Below are positions 19,350 through 28,124 of a DNA stretch of 64,000 nt, piece after piece. Each line of letters opens with the position of its first letter. Positions within the stretch are counted from its first letter, which is position 1. Below the pieces are notes generated by a model that was not told the origin of the DNA, made no database searches, and saw only the letters and a program-made list of their open reading frames with translations. The position numbers and the translations under genes are program-made. The DNA is taken from positions 15,196 to 79,195 of the forward strand of contig DAOMFV010000005.1 of NCBI GenBank assembly GCA_035430005.1, in the 5' to 3' direction. Source of the stretch: Gemmatales bacterium (lineage in GTDB: Bacteria > Planctomycetota > Planctomycetia > Gemmatales > HRBIN36).

Positions 19350-21308
19350 GTGATGAAGCGATCTGCGCGTTTGACAATCGAATCCCTGGAAGATCGCAAC
19401 ACGCCGGCTACTTTTGGCATTCCGCAAAGCGATCCGTTGCATCTGACCATTAGCTTCGTTCCTGATGGCACCAATGTCGCTGGCACACCCAGTGCCTTGT
19501 TTCAAACGCTGAACGCACTCTCTTCGACCAGCGCGTGGCAGAACGAAATCCTTCGTGCCGCCGGGGCTTGGGCGAATGTGGCCAACATCAACTTTGGCGT
19601 CGTCAGCGACAATGGCGTTCCGCTTGGCGCAGCGACACCAATTGACGGCAACGCCTCCTTTGGCGTGATTCGCATTGCCGCCAAGCCCTTAGCCAACAAT
19701 GTGCTGGCGGTAGGCATTCCTCCCAATGAGTTTGGCGCCGGCACCTGGGCGGGTGACATTATCTTCAACACCAACACCAACCTGGCGAAGCAGAAGACCG
19801 ATCTCTACACCGTGTTCCTGCATGAAATCGGCCATGCATTGGGCTTGCCTGGTTCAGCCGACCCCCGTTCGGTGATGTATCAAAAGATCGCCGGGAAACG
19901 CATCGGCCTGGCACTCAGCGATGTGGTTACGGTTGATAATCTCTATGGCACGAGGTTGCCGGATCAGAACGAAACGCCTGGTAAAGGCAACGACACGCTC
20001 AAGCTGGCGACACGCATGAAGTATGAAGACACAGGACTGGAAGCGTGGACAGGCACGGTTCCCCTGGTTTCCTTTGGCGATATTACCCGGAGCACCGATG
20101 TAGACGTTTTTTCTTTCCAGAACCTTCTTGATTACCATGGGCCGATCAGCTTCCGTCTGCTCACGCAGGGCATTAGCCTGCTGAATCCCAAAATCAGCGT
20201 ACTCGATGCTCAGGGAAAAGTCATTGACTCCCGGCTCAGCCAGCAGACAGCCGGCGCCGACCTTGTGGTGACGTTGCCCGCCAGTACGGCAGGCGCTAAG
20301 TATTTCATTCGCGTGGAAGCCGAGAGCATCAGTGGTTTTTTCAGCGTTGGTCGTTATGCTCTGTCGCTGACTCTCGATCAACGACTCACCACCCCGGCAT
20401 CGACCATCACCAGCGTCCTGCGTGGCCCGTTCGACGCTTTTCCGGCCGGCGATCTGGAGTCGCTCTTCAGCCAAAATCCGGAAGACGCCCTTTTCCACCA
20501 GGATGATTCCAGCGATGACACGGCTAAGAATGCCGGTCGTCTTACCAGCAATAATGCCGTGGGCTCCACGTTCGATGTGGTGGGCAGCCTGCAATCAGCG
20601 GACGATGTGGATTTCTATCGTGTCCGAGTACCTCGGCTCAACGTCGATCCTGTATCGAACATGACCGTTACGATAACGCCCTATTCCATTCACGGCGTGA
20701 TGCCTGATGTTCAGCTCTTTGACAAGAACCAGAAACCGGTAGCCTTCAATGTGCTCAGCAATGGCAACGGCGTGTTAGTCATCCAGTCGGTCGGCCTCAA
20801 GGTCAACGATGACTATTTCATTCGCATCGCCAACGCACCGGGGCAGGCGAGCACGGGAAACTATCATGCCAACTTTCGCTTTGGCAGGACAGCAACCACA
20901 CTCGAGACGTTCTTTTCCGGCTCCGTAGCAGCCACAGGCGCCACGTCCAAGGTCTATGTCGCCGAGCCACAGCTTTTCCACTTGTTGCTGTCATCCAATA
21001 ACGGCGTCGCTTTGACAATGACCATCGAAGATACGGCAGGCAACACATTGTTTACTTTGACCAGCAACGGTCCTCCGGCAAGCGGCCAGCCGTTGCTGCT
21101 TCAGCCTGGCGAATATCACATCCGTTTGAGCAGCAATGGCCAACCGACCAGGGCGACGCTTCGCGGCGATTTGATCAGCGACCCCATCGGTTCCGTGGTC
21201 GTCGATCCTAACTCGACTCCGCCATACACCAACCCCGATGGCACCAATACCTATCCCAATGGGACGAAAACGACCAAGCCTTTCCTGTGGCTGGCGTTGA
21301 CTGTTTGA
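19350..21308 (+). CDS. metzincin-like zinc metalloprotease with PPC-like domains (paralog 1)
   Basis: HEIGHALGLPGSADPRSVMY (HExxHxxG plus a Met-turn-like SVMY). DVDVFSF and DVDFYRV pre-peptidase-C-terminal-like motifs. N-terminus MMKRSARLTIESLEDRNTPA has no hydrophobic signal peptide. Confidence 0.75.
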   Translation: MMKRSARLTIESLEDRNTPATFGIPQSDPLHLTISFVPDGTNVAGTPSALFQTLNALSSTSAWQNEILRAAGAWANVANINFGVVSDNGVPLGAATPIDGNASFGVIRIAAKPLANNVLAVGIPPNEFGAGTWAGDIIFNTNTNLAKQKTDLYTVFLHEIGHALGLPGSADPRSVMYQKIAGKRIGLALSDVVTVDNLYGTRLPDQNETPGKGNDTLKLATRMKYEDTGLEAWTGTVPLVSFGDITRSTDVDVFSFQNLLDYHGPISFRLLTQGISLLNPKISVLDAQGKVIDSRLSQQTAGADLVVTLPASTAGAKYFIRVEAESISGFFSVGRYALSLTLDQRLTTPASTITSVLRGPFDAFPAGDLESLFSQNPEDALFHQDDSSDDTAKNAGRLTSNNAVGSTFDVVGSLQSADDVDFYRVRVPRLNVDPVSNMTVTITPYSIHGVMPDVQLFDKNQKPVAFNVLSNGNGVLVIQSVGLKVNDDYFIRIANAPGQASTGNYHANFRFGRTATTLETFFSGSVAATGATSKVYVAEPQLFHLLLSSNNGVALTMTIEDTAGNTLFTLTSNGPPASGQPLLLQPGEYHIRLSSNGQPTRATLRGDLISDPIGSVVVDPNSTPPYTNPDGTNTYPNGTKTTKPFLWLALTV

Positions 21309-21354
21309 TGCCTAACCAAGAGCAAGCAGCGTGTTGAAGAATAATATAGTCGTG

Positions 21355-21387
21355 GCAGGGGCACGATGTACTCATCGTGCCCCCTGC
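21355..21387 (+). terminator. stem-loop downstream of protease 1
   Basis: GCAGGGGCACGATG-TACT-CATCGTGCCCCCTGC, a ~14-bp stem with one bulge. It is followed by AAAACA, not a T-run, so its terminator function is uncertain. Confidence 0.4.
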
Positions 21388-21676
21388 AAAACAGCCAGGA
21401 TGATGCGCATTCAGCAGCCAAGTTGGGGGCGAGCGCTAAAGTACTATGTGATGTGCGCTCTCGCGGCGCTAAGCTCGTCCCACTTATTGCTTCAGCCCAC
21501 CAATTGAATTGCGCTAGCCGATGCCCGGCACGTTGAACGAAAAAGTTTTCCAAATTAGTGGCGGATGAAGCAGCGAGATACTGCTACTTGTCTACAGCGG
21601 ATGGTCACGACTGTCGACTTAAGACAACTCTGCTCATCCATTATTCTGTTCTTCTTATCATGTTCGGAGTTGTCTT

Positions 21677-24600
21677 ATGTCGCTCTCATGGTTTCGTCGG
21701 CTTGCGAAGCAGCCAAAAGTAAACCGTCCTGTTCAAACCCCACGTCGGAAACCTTACCGTCTGATGATGGAAGCACTCGAAGACCGAACGGTGCCGGCCT
21801 ACCTGGCCCCCGTAACCTTCGCTGCCGGACTGAACCCGGTAGGTGTTGCTGTTGGTGATTACAATGGCGACGGCAAGTCCGACATGGCTGTTGCCAACAA
21901 TGCTGCCGTGGGAATGGTCAGTATTCTCCTCAGCAATGGGGACGGCACTTTTGGAACTCCAGTCTCCTACCCTGCCGGTGCCTATCCGATTGATGCCGTC
22001 GCTGGTGATCTCAATGGTGATGGAAAGATCGATCTCGCCGTCGCCGACACCTCCGGTACGGTCAATGTTCTTCTAGGCAACGGCGATGGCACCTTTGGTG
22101 CAGCTGCCTCCTATGCTGCCGGTCTCAATGCCCACTCGATCAAAGTCGGCGACTTCAATAATGATGCCGTTCCTGACATCGCCACCATGAATTACGGCTC
22201 TGCCAGTGTCCTGATAGGCAATGGCGATGGGACCTTCCAACCTGCTTTAACTACTTCCCTTCCTGGCAACAACATCAACATGGTCGTTGGAGACTTCAAC
22301 CGAGATGGCAATCTTGATATGGCCACCTCGAACACCACGAGCATCGGTGCTATCTCCGTTCTCAGCGGGCATGGCGATGGTTCATTCGGCCCAGCGACCA
22401 GCTACTATGCCTACTCAGCACCAGTCTATCTGGCTTGTGGCGATTTCAACCATGATGGCTACGACGATTTCTGCGTCGCCAATTCCTACGCTGCAACGGC
22501 GATGAGCGTCGTCATGAACAAGGGGGATGGCACTTACGCTCCTCCCGTCACATACAACATCGCCCAGACCGGTTGGGAGATCGAGGTGGCCGACTTCAAC
22601 AATGATGGCAACCAGGATTTTGCTGTCCGTGGCTCCTCGCAATACATGGTCGGGCTGGGCAAAGGTGACGGCACCTTCTTCGCACCTGTGAGCTACCCCA
22701 CCTCAGCCGGTCGCTTTGAAATGGGCACGCATGGCGACTTCAATGCTGATGGAGCTGTCGACTTCGCCTACCCTGCCACCAATGGCGTGACCGTATTGAT
22801 GAACGCCAACACCGACATGGGGAACACCGCTGTCGGGTTCCAAGTTACCATGCCGAGCTCTACTACTGCCGGCTCGTCGCTGCCGATTACAGTGACAGCT
22901 ATCGATAAGGATGGAAACAAGGCGAGCGGGTTTTACGGCAACGTTTACATCACCAGTAGCGATCCGGGTGCAACGCTGGCTGTCCCATACACATTCACTC
23001 CTGCTGATAATGGCACACACACTTTTGATGGATCAGTGCGCCTGGTCACTCTGGGTGATCAAACCGTAACCATCGCATCACCCATGATGACAGCCTTCAC
23101 AGGCACGGTCCACGTGACACCTGCTGTGACACGGTTTGGCGTCTCTGCACCGGTAGCTTCAGCCGCTGGTGACGTTTTTAATGTAACTGTCACAGCCTAC
23201 GATGCGTTGGGCAATGTCGGTACAGGCTACACCAGCACGGTTCATTTCGCCAGTACCGATGGACAGGCTGGGCTGCCTGCTGATTACACGTTCACCCCAG
23301 AGGACGCTGGCGTTCACACATTCTCGGTCACGCTCAAGACCGCTGGTTTCAAGTACATCAGTGCCACCGAGATCAGCTCAACGAAGACTGGCGGGGCGTT
23401 CGTAAATGTCACCCCCATCGCTGCCTCGAGTCTTACGCTGGCTGGTGCCGGTGGCGCCATTGGTGTAGCTCGCCCGGTTACGGTCGTGGCCCGCGACATC
23501 TATGGCAACCTTGCTGCCAGCTACACTGGCACGGTACACTTCACCAGTTCGGATCCACAGGCGGTCTTGCCTGCGGATGTCGCTTTGGTGAACGGCACTG
23601 CCACGGCTAATGTGACGCTGTATACCATCGGAACTCAGACGATCACCGCTACCGATGTGGCCGTATCCTCTATCAATGGCACCCTATCGAGTGCGGCCAC
23701 AGCACCAATTGCCAAACTCTTTGTCGTCACAGGTTATCCAGCCAGCACAGCGGGTGTCGCACAGACATTCACCGTCACGGTCATTGATACCATTGATCAG
23801 ATCGCCGCAGGGTATGCCGGGACAATTTACTTCTCCAGTTCCGATGTCCAGGCCGGGCTGCCCGCGAGCTATACGTTTACACCTGGGCCAGGAGGTGGCC
23901 GAGCTTCTTTTACTGCTGCACTGAAGACTGCTGGAACCCAATCGATCACGGTTCGAGATGCCAACGGCGTTGTCGGTTCGCAAATGGGCATCAATATCAA
24001 TGCCGCAGCATTCTCCGGCTTCCGACTTTCCGTTCCTAATCCGACGGATAGTCATGGCCATATGCTGGTGACAGCCGGAGATGTTACCACCTTGACTGTC
24101 AAGGCTTCAGATGCCTTTGGCAACAGTGTTTCAGGCTACAAGGGTAAGGTCAAGTTCAGCAGTACGGATACCCTGGCCAGTGTACCTGTAGATTACAACT
24201 TCACCGCAGCAGACGCAGGAACACACACGTTCAATGTGGTTCTTAAAACAGCGACAGCGAACGGCGTGGTATGGTCGTTCAATGCCGTCGATGCGTCGAA
24301 TGCAACCACGTTAACAACAATCACGAACTTTGAGGTGATCAACGCAGCTGCCTCAAAGTTCGTCCTGAATGTCCCTTCGAATATCACAGCTGGGTCTCCA
24401 TTCGCCCTCAAAGTCTCCGTCCTGGATGCTTACGGGAACCGGGTGAAAAACTACTTTGGCAAGATCCACTTCAGCAACACTGCCGGGGCTGTTGGACTCC
24501 CTGCAGACTACACCTTTGACAGCATCGATGCCGGGGTTCACAGCTTTATGATCACGCTGAACACTATCGGCAATCAGACCATCAGCATTACCGATGTAGC

Positions 24601-24706
24601 CAACGCGCTATTGAGTGCCAGCACGACAGTCAGTGTGAAAGCCGGCACAGGAACAGGTGGCGGTGGCGGCGGTGGTGGCGGTGGTGGCGGCGGCAAGCCA
24701 GTTTAA
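21677..24706 (+). CDS. FG-GAP seven-repeat beta-propeller protein with six tandem Ig-like modules and a poly-Gly tail
   Basis: Seven GDxNxDGxxDxxxxN repeats within aa ~55-385. Six ~95-aa modules of the form Y.G.VHF.S.D..A.LPADYTFT..D.G.H.F.V.L.T.G.Q.I. Ends in G13-KPV. N-terminus ...RLMMEALEDRTVPA. Confidence 0.8.
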   Translation: MSLSWFRRLAKQPKVNRPVQTPRRKPYRLMMEALEDRTVPAYLAPVTFAAGLNPVGVAVGDYNGDGKSDMAVANNAAVGMVSILLSNGDGTFGTPVSYPAGAYPIDAVAGDLNGDGKIDLAVADTSGTVNVLLGNGDGTFGAAASYAAGLNAHSIKVGDFNNDAVPDIATMNYGSASVLIGNGDGTFQPALTTSLPGNNINMVVGDFNRDGNLDMATSNTTSIGAISVLSGHGDGSFGPATSYYAYSAPVYLACGDFNHDGYDDFCVANSYAATAMSVVMNKGDGTYAPPVTYNIAQTGWEIEVADFNNDGNQDFAVRGSSQYMVGLGKGDGTFFAPVSYPTSAGRFEMGTHGDFNADGAVDFAYPATNGVTVLMNANTDMGNTAVGFQVTMPSSTTAGSSLPITVTAIDKDGNKASGFYGNVYITSSDPGATLAVPYTFTPADNGTHTFDGSVRLVTLGDQTVTIASPMMTAFTGTVHVTPAVTRFGVSAPVASAAGDVFNVTVTAYDALGNVGTGYTSTVHFASTDGQAGLPADYTFTPEDAGVHTFSVTLKTAGFKYISATEISSTKTGGAFVNVTPIAASSLTLAGAGGAIGVARPVTVVARDIYGNLAASYTGTVHFTSSDPQAVLPADVALVNGTATANVTLYTIGTQTITATDVAVSSINGTLSSAATAPIAKLFVVTGYPASTAGVAQTFTVTVIDTIDQIAAGYAGTIYFSSSDVQAGLPASYTFTPGPGGGRASFTAALKTAGTQSITVRDANGVVGSQMGININAAAFSGFRLSVPNPTDSHGHMLVTAGDVTTLTVKASDAFGNSVSGYKGKVKFSSTDTLASVPVDYNFTAADAGTHTFNVVLKTATANGVVWSFNAVDASNATTLTTITNFEVINAAASKFVLNVPSNITAGSPFALKVSVLDAYGNRVKNYFGKIHFSNTAGAVGLPADYTFDSIDAGVHSFMITLNTIGNQTISITDVANALLSASTTVSVKAGTGTGGGGGGGGGGGGGKPV
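24656..24694 (+). repeat. (GGY)13 trinucleotide microsatellite encoding 13 glycines
   Basis: GGTGGCGGTGGCGGCGGTGGTGGCGGTGGTGGCGGCGGC, located 3 codons before the stop. Confidence 0.9.
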
Positions 24707-24730
24707 ACGACTCTTTTATGAAAATTACTG

Positions 24731-24768
24731 CCAAGGAGATTCTCATGGTCTCCTTGGCTCATCTTTTT
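24731..24768 (+). terminator. rho-independent terminator after the FG-GAP gene
   Basis: CCAAGGAGA-TTCTCATGG-TCTCCTTGG (9-bp stem) followed by CTCATCTTTTT. Confidence 0.6.
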
Positions 24769-24949
24769 GACTATTTTTTAGCAGTTTGGAATAGATCGCA
24801 AGCACATCAGGTCAAATGAGTTACGTCACATGGTCAACCAAGGATGACAACTCGTTTTATGAAACGATAATAATTTGTGGCGGTTAGGAGGAGACGATCC
24901 CGCTCTTCATGGCGTAGCTGAAGTATTGTTTCGAGCGAACAGGTGAGAT

Positions 24950-26875
24950 ATGCGACGTACCCTTTTGCAAATCGACAGCCTTGAAGACCGTTGCGTACCT
25001 GCGACTTTCGGTGTGCCCTGGACAGATCCGCGCCATTTGACGCTCAGTTTTGTACCCGATGGCACGGATGTGGGTGGGGTTCCCAGCAGCCTGTTCAGTA
25101 CCTTGGATAGCCTCGCTCCGCGAGCCACCTGGCAGAGCGATATATTACGTGCAGTACAGTCATGGGTCGCACCAGGCAATTTGAATGTCGGAGTAGTATC
25201 TGACAATGGCGATGCGATGGGCATCTCCGGCTTGGCTCAAAATGATTCTCGTTTCGGCACCATCCGCATCGCCGCGAAACCGATGGCCAACAACGTATTA
25301 GCCATCGGCATACCTCCTGATCCGTATTTCTCAGGTACCTGGTCCGGCGATATTGTCTTCAATACGAATACCAACCTCTCCAGTCAGAACACCGACCTCT
25401 ATTCCATCTTTCTTCACGAAGTAGGGCATGCGTTAGGGCTGCCCGATTCAGATGATCCATCCTCTGCGCTGTTTGAATCTGCCGGCGGCTATAGGTCTGG
25501 GATCAGCGCTGCTGATTTTTCGGCGTTGACCGCTCTCTATGGAGCGCGCACTTCAGATTCACATGAATTCAATGACACGTTGTCTGCCGCGACCAGACTG
25601 CAAGCATCCAATGGCTGGACGGGGACGACCCCTGTTGTGGGCTTTGGAGAAATCAGCACGAGTCAGGATGTAGACTATTATCAGTATCAGGCCCCCTCAG
25701 GCTATTCCGGCGCTACTACCTTTCGTGTGCAATCCAGCGGGCTTAGTTTGCTGACAGCCAAAGTCAGCCTGGTTGATAACAAGGGCCATGACATCGTCAG
25801 TCCCGTGACATCCAATTTGCTGGGCGATACCTTGTTCCTGCGAGTGCCCCAGTCAACGCCGGGCGCTAACTATTATTTGCGCATTGAACGGGGCCCGGGC
25901 GATGGCAGTCGAATCGGTCGATATGCCGTAGCCATCACATTGGATAGCAGATTGACCACGACAGAATCCACGTTGGATTCCATTCTACGCGGGCCGTACG
26001 ACACGCTCTCGTCTAGCGATCTGGATAAGTTGTTGATTGATGGCCCCAGCGCTTTCATCTCGAACGATGCTCATTCTGATGATAGCCTGGGAACAGCCAA
26101 GTCGCTTCAGCCTGCTCCTGGAGTGGTCGGCGGAACCGCTTACAAGACCTTCGGATCATTCAGTGACAGCGCCGATGTCGATGTCTATCGTGTTCGAGCT
26201 CCTCGAACAGACAACGGATCAACCATCAACATGACGATTAATGTCACGCCGATGATGGTTCACGGCGTGGTTCCGAAGATTCAGGTGTATGATCGCAATT
26301 CTAACCTGGTCAACAGCGATATTCTGGCGAGTGACGACGGTCTCTTCGTCGTGCAGGCCATCGGGCTGCAAGGCAATGTCGATTACTTCGTTCGTTTGGA
26401 AAGCGCTGCTAATTCACCAGCCGGCAACTATTCACTGAATATTCTATTTGGCGCACAGTCAGCAACTCTTGAGACTTTTGTGGATGGCACTGTCCCAGCA
26501 GCGGGCACAACTACTTCGGTGTTTATCGCAAAGCCACAATTGTTTCACCTGCTTCTTTCGAGCATTGATGGCGGAGTATCGGTCGTTATTCAAGGCAACA
26601 ACTCTTCGTTCACACTCACCAGCACTGATGGCGGTGCCGTTAGTTCTTCCATCTTATTGCAGCCTGGCGAGTACAGCGTTACCTTCGTGCCGACAAATCC
26701 ATCAGCAGGCTCGATCAATTTCAGCTTGCGTGGGGCGCTATTGTCAGACCCTATCGGTTCCGTGGTGGTTGATCCGAACTCGACGCCTCCATTCACCAAT
26801 CCTGATGGGACAAACACCTATCCGAATGGGACCACAACGAAAAAAAGCTACTTGTGGCTTTCGCTGGTGGCTTGA
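24950..26875 (+). CDS. metzincin-like zinc metalloprotease with PPC-like domains (paralog 2)
   Basis: HEVGHALGLPDSDD (HExxHxxGxxD, snapalysin-like third-ligand position). Collinear with 19350..21308. N-terminus MRRTLLQIDSLEDRCVPA. The C-terminal 32 aa are nearly identical to paralog 1. Confidence 0.75.
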   Translation: MRRTLLQIDSLEDRCVPATFGVPWTDPRHLTLSFVPDGTDVGGVPSSLFSTLDSLAPRATWQSDILRAVQSWVAPGNLNVGVVSDNGDAMGISGLAQNDSRFGTIRIAAKPMANNVLAIGIPPDPYFSGTWSGDIVFNTNTNLSSQNTDLYSIFLHEVGHALGLPDSDDPSSALFESAGGYRSGISAADFSALTALYGARTSDSHEFNDTLSAATRLQASNGWTGTTPVVGFGEISTSQDVDYYQYQAPSGYSGATTFRVQSSGLSLLTAKVSLVDNKGHDIVSPVTSNLLGDTLFLRVPQSTPGANYYLRIERGPGDGSRIGRYAVAITLDSRLTTTESTLDSILRGPYDTLSSSDLDKLLIDGPSAFISNDAHSDDSLGTAKSLQPAPGVVGGTAYKTFGSFSDSADVDVYRVRAPRTDNGSTINMTINVTPMMVHGVVPKIQVYDRNSNLVNSDILASDDGLFVVQAIGLQGNVDYFVRLESAANSPAGNYSLNILFGAQSATLETFVDGTVPAAGTTTSVFIAKPQLFHLLLSSIDGGVSVVIQGNNSSFTLTSTDGGAVSSSILLQPGEYSVTFVPTNPSAGSINFSLRGALLSDPIGSVVVDPNSTPPFTNPDGTNTYPNGTTTKKSYLWLSLVA

Positions 26876-27075
26876 TCATTTAGGTTCTTGCCTCACCAAG
26901 TCTATTCAAGATGCGGGAGATAACGACCAGCGAAGGCTGTTAACCCCTGTCCCTACCGAAAATGCCATAAAAGGCAGTAAACGCTTATTTTATGTGAGCG
27001 TCGAAGTTTCGGTACGCACCGAGCGGTACCCCATTCTGCATGTTTTCATTTCTACTGCAAAACCGATGGCCAGCC

Positions 27076-27258
27076 TCACGTAACCCAATCGGGGAGTTGC
27101 GGCTTGGCATTTCCCAAGCCCGCGATGAACCGCAGGCCAAGTAGTACGACAAACGTAATACCGGCAAACTGTATTGACTTCCAAAAGCTGTTGTTGTCCG
27201 ATTGTCGAAAAGTCTCTCGACGATACGGACGAGGTTCAGTCCATTTGATTTGATTCAT
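27076..27258 (-). CDS. small hypothetical membrane protein
   Basis: 60 aa from MNQIKW with one hydrophobic helix (FAGITFVVLLGLRFIAGL). No RBS. Weak call. Confidence 0.25.
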   Translation of the reverse strand: MNQIKWTEPRPYRRETFRQSDNNSFWKSIQFAGITFVVLLGLRFIAGLGNAKPQLPDWVT

Positions 27259-27400
27259 GTTTGCATTGTAACAGCTATGGGTGCCAACAAACACTATCTC
27301 CAAACGCAAGTGTAACACACAGTTGGCAGTCAGCACGAGCCATGGCTATTGACTCTGCATGTGATCGATAGCAGTTGTCACGTAAGAAACCAAGAATCAT

Positions 27401-27480
27401 ACATATTCCTGCTTATCCCTCCTCCATTCATCCCCACCGCACTGTAACTGTCATCCTGCGTAAGCCGCATCACGGCGCAA
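27401..27480 (+). repeat. dispersed repeat family, copy A
   Basis: Core CTGTAACTGTCATCCTGCGTAAGCCGCATCA at 27442-27472. The upstream CCTCC-rich part is shared with copies B and D. Confidence 0.65.
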
Positions 27481-27879
27481 CCATCCTTTCGCGCGAGGAA
27501 CGATCATTGTTATCGCCGCAGCGATGAGCAGGCAAATGATGATATTGAAAAGCAATGGCAGCACGCTGAACCATGTGACGCCACGAAGCACAGCCCAGGA
27601 TCGCTCGTCCACTGGGTTATAGGTAGGATCGAGAGTGCCATCTGGAAACTCGATGTGAAACTTGGTGAAGCGGGTAAGGAAACGCAACGGCCAACCATGG
27701 ACCCAATTGACTTGGTGCCAATTGACACGGTACATCTCACTTGCAAAGCTTCGACCGGAGAAATCTGTGACGGCTATGTCGGTAGTGCCGTGATTTTCCT
27801 CCCTTCCACATAACTGTAGCCAGATGAGCAGTAAAGCGGTAATGAGAAGAACCACGAAACCATAAGTTAGCCGAGACAT
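27451..27879 (-). CDS. hypothetical membrane protein
   Basis: Start chosen at MSRLTYGFVVLLITALLLIWL. A second TM lies near the C-terminus (VLPLLFNIIICLLIAAAITMIV). The 3' end runs into repeat copy A. Confidence 0.4.
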   Translation of the reverse strand: MSRLTYGFVVLLITALLLIWLQLCGREENHGTTDIAVTDFSGRSFASEMYRVNWHQVNWVHGWPLRFLTRFTKFHIEFPDGTLDPTYNPVDERSWAVLRGVTWFSVLPLLFNIIICLLIAAAITMIVPRAKGWLRRDAAYAG

Positions 27880-27964
27880 TCTGTGGCCCCCATCTTGTCG
27901 GGTAAAGCATACTATCAATTAGTGCGATATTACCCCGAAATTCGTTGAAACATTCAGCAAAACC

Positions 27965-28050
27965 TCCCACATTCCAACTGAATCCCACCTCCCTTTTTCC
28001 CACATCCCTGTAACTGTCATCCTGCGTAAGCAGCATCATATCGACGCGGC
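27965..28050 (+). repeat. dispersed repeat family, copy B
   Basis: Core CTGTAACTGTCATCCTGCGTAAGCAGCATCA at 28008-28038. Confidence 0.65.
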
Positions 28051-28124
28051 CAAAAGTAGGGCTTCGAACTCCTAACACGGCTAATCTCAAGAAACGGACA
28101 TAGCGTGAGTTTAGGATTTGAAGT

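Noticed and set aside
19854-20594. Long antisense ORFs inside well-supported genes: 19854..20594, 39425..40315, 42907..43665, 51148..52029, 51264..52055, 55841..56551, 57694..58224, 59219..59977 and 60806..61453
   Set aside because: Each lies opposite or out of frame to a gene with unmistakable family motifs (metzincin, FeS subunit, NrfA, CcoN, TauE-like, CcoI, DUF1501, PPC protein). Their products are Arg/Gly/Pro-rich with no motifs, which is typical of shadow ORFs in GC-rich coding DNA.
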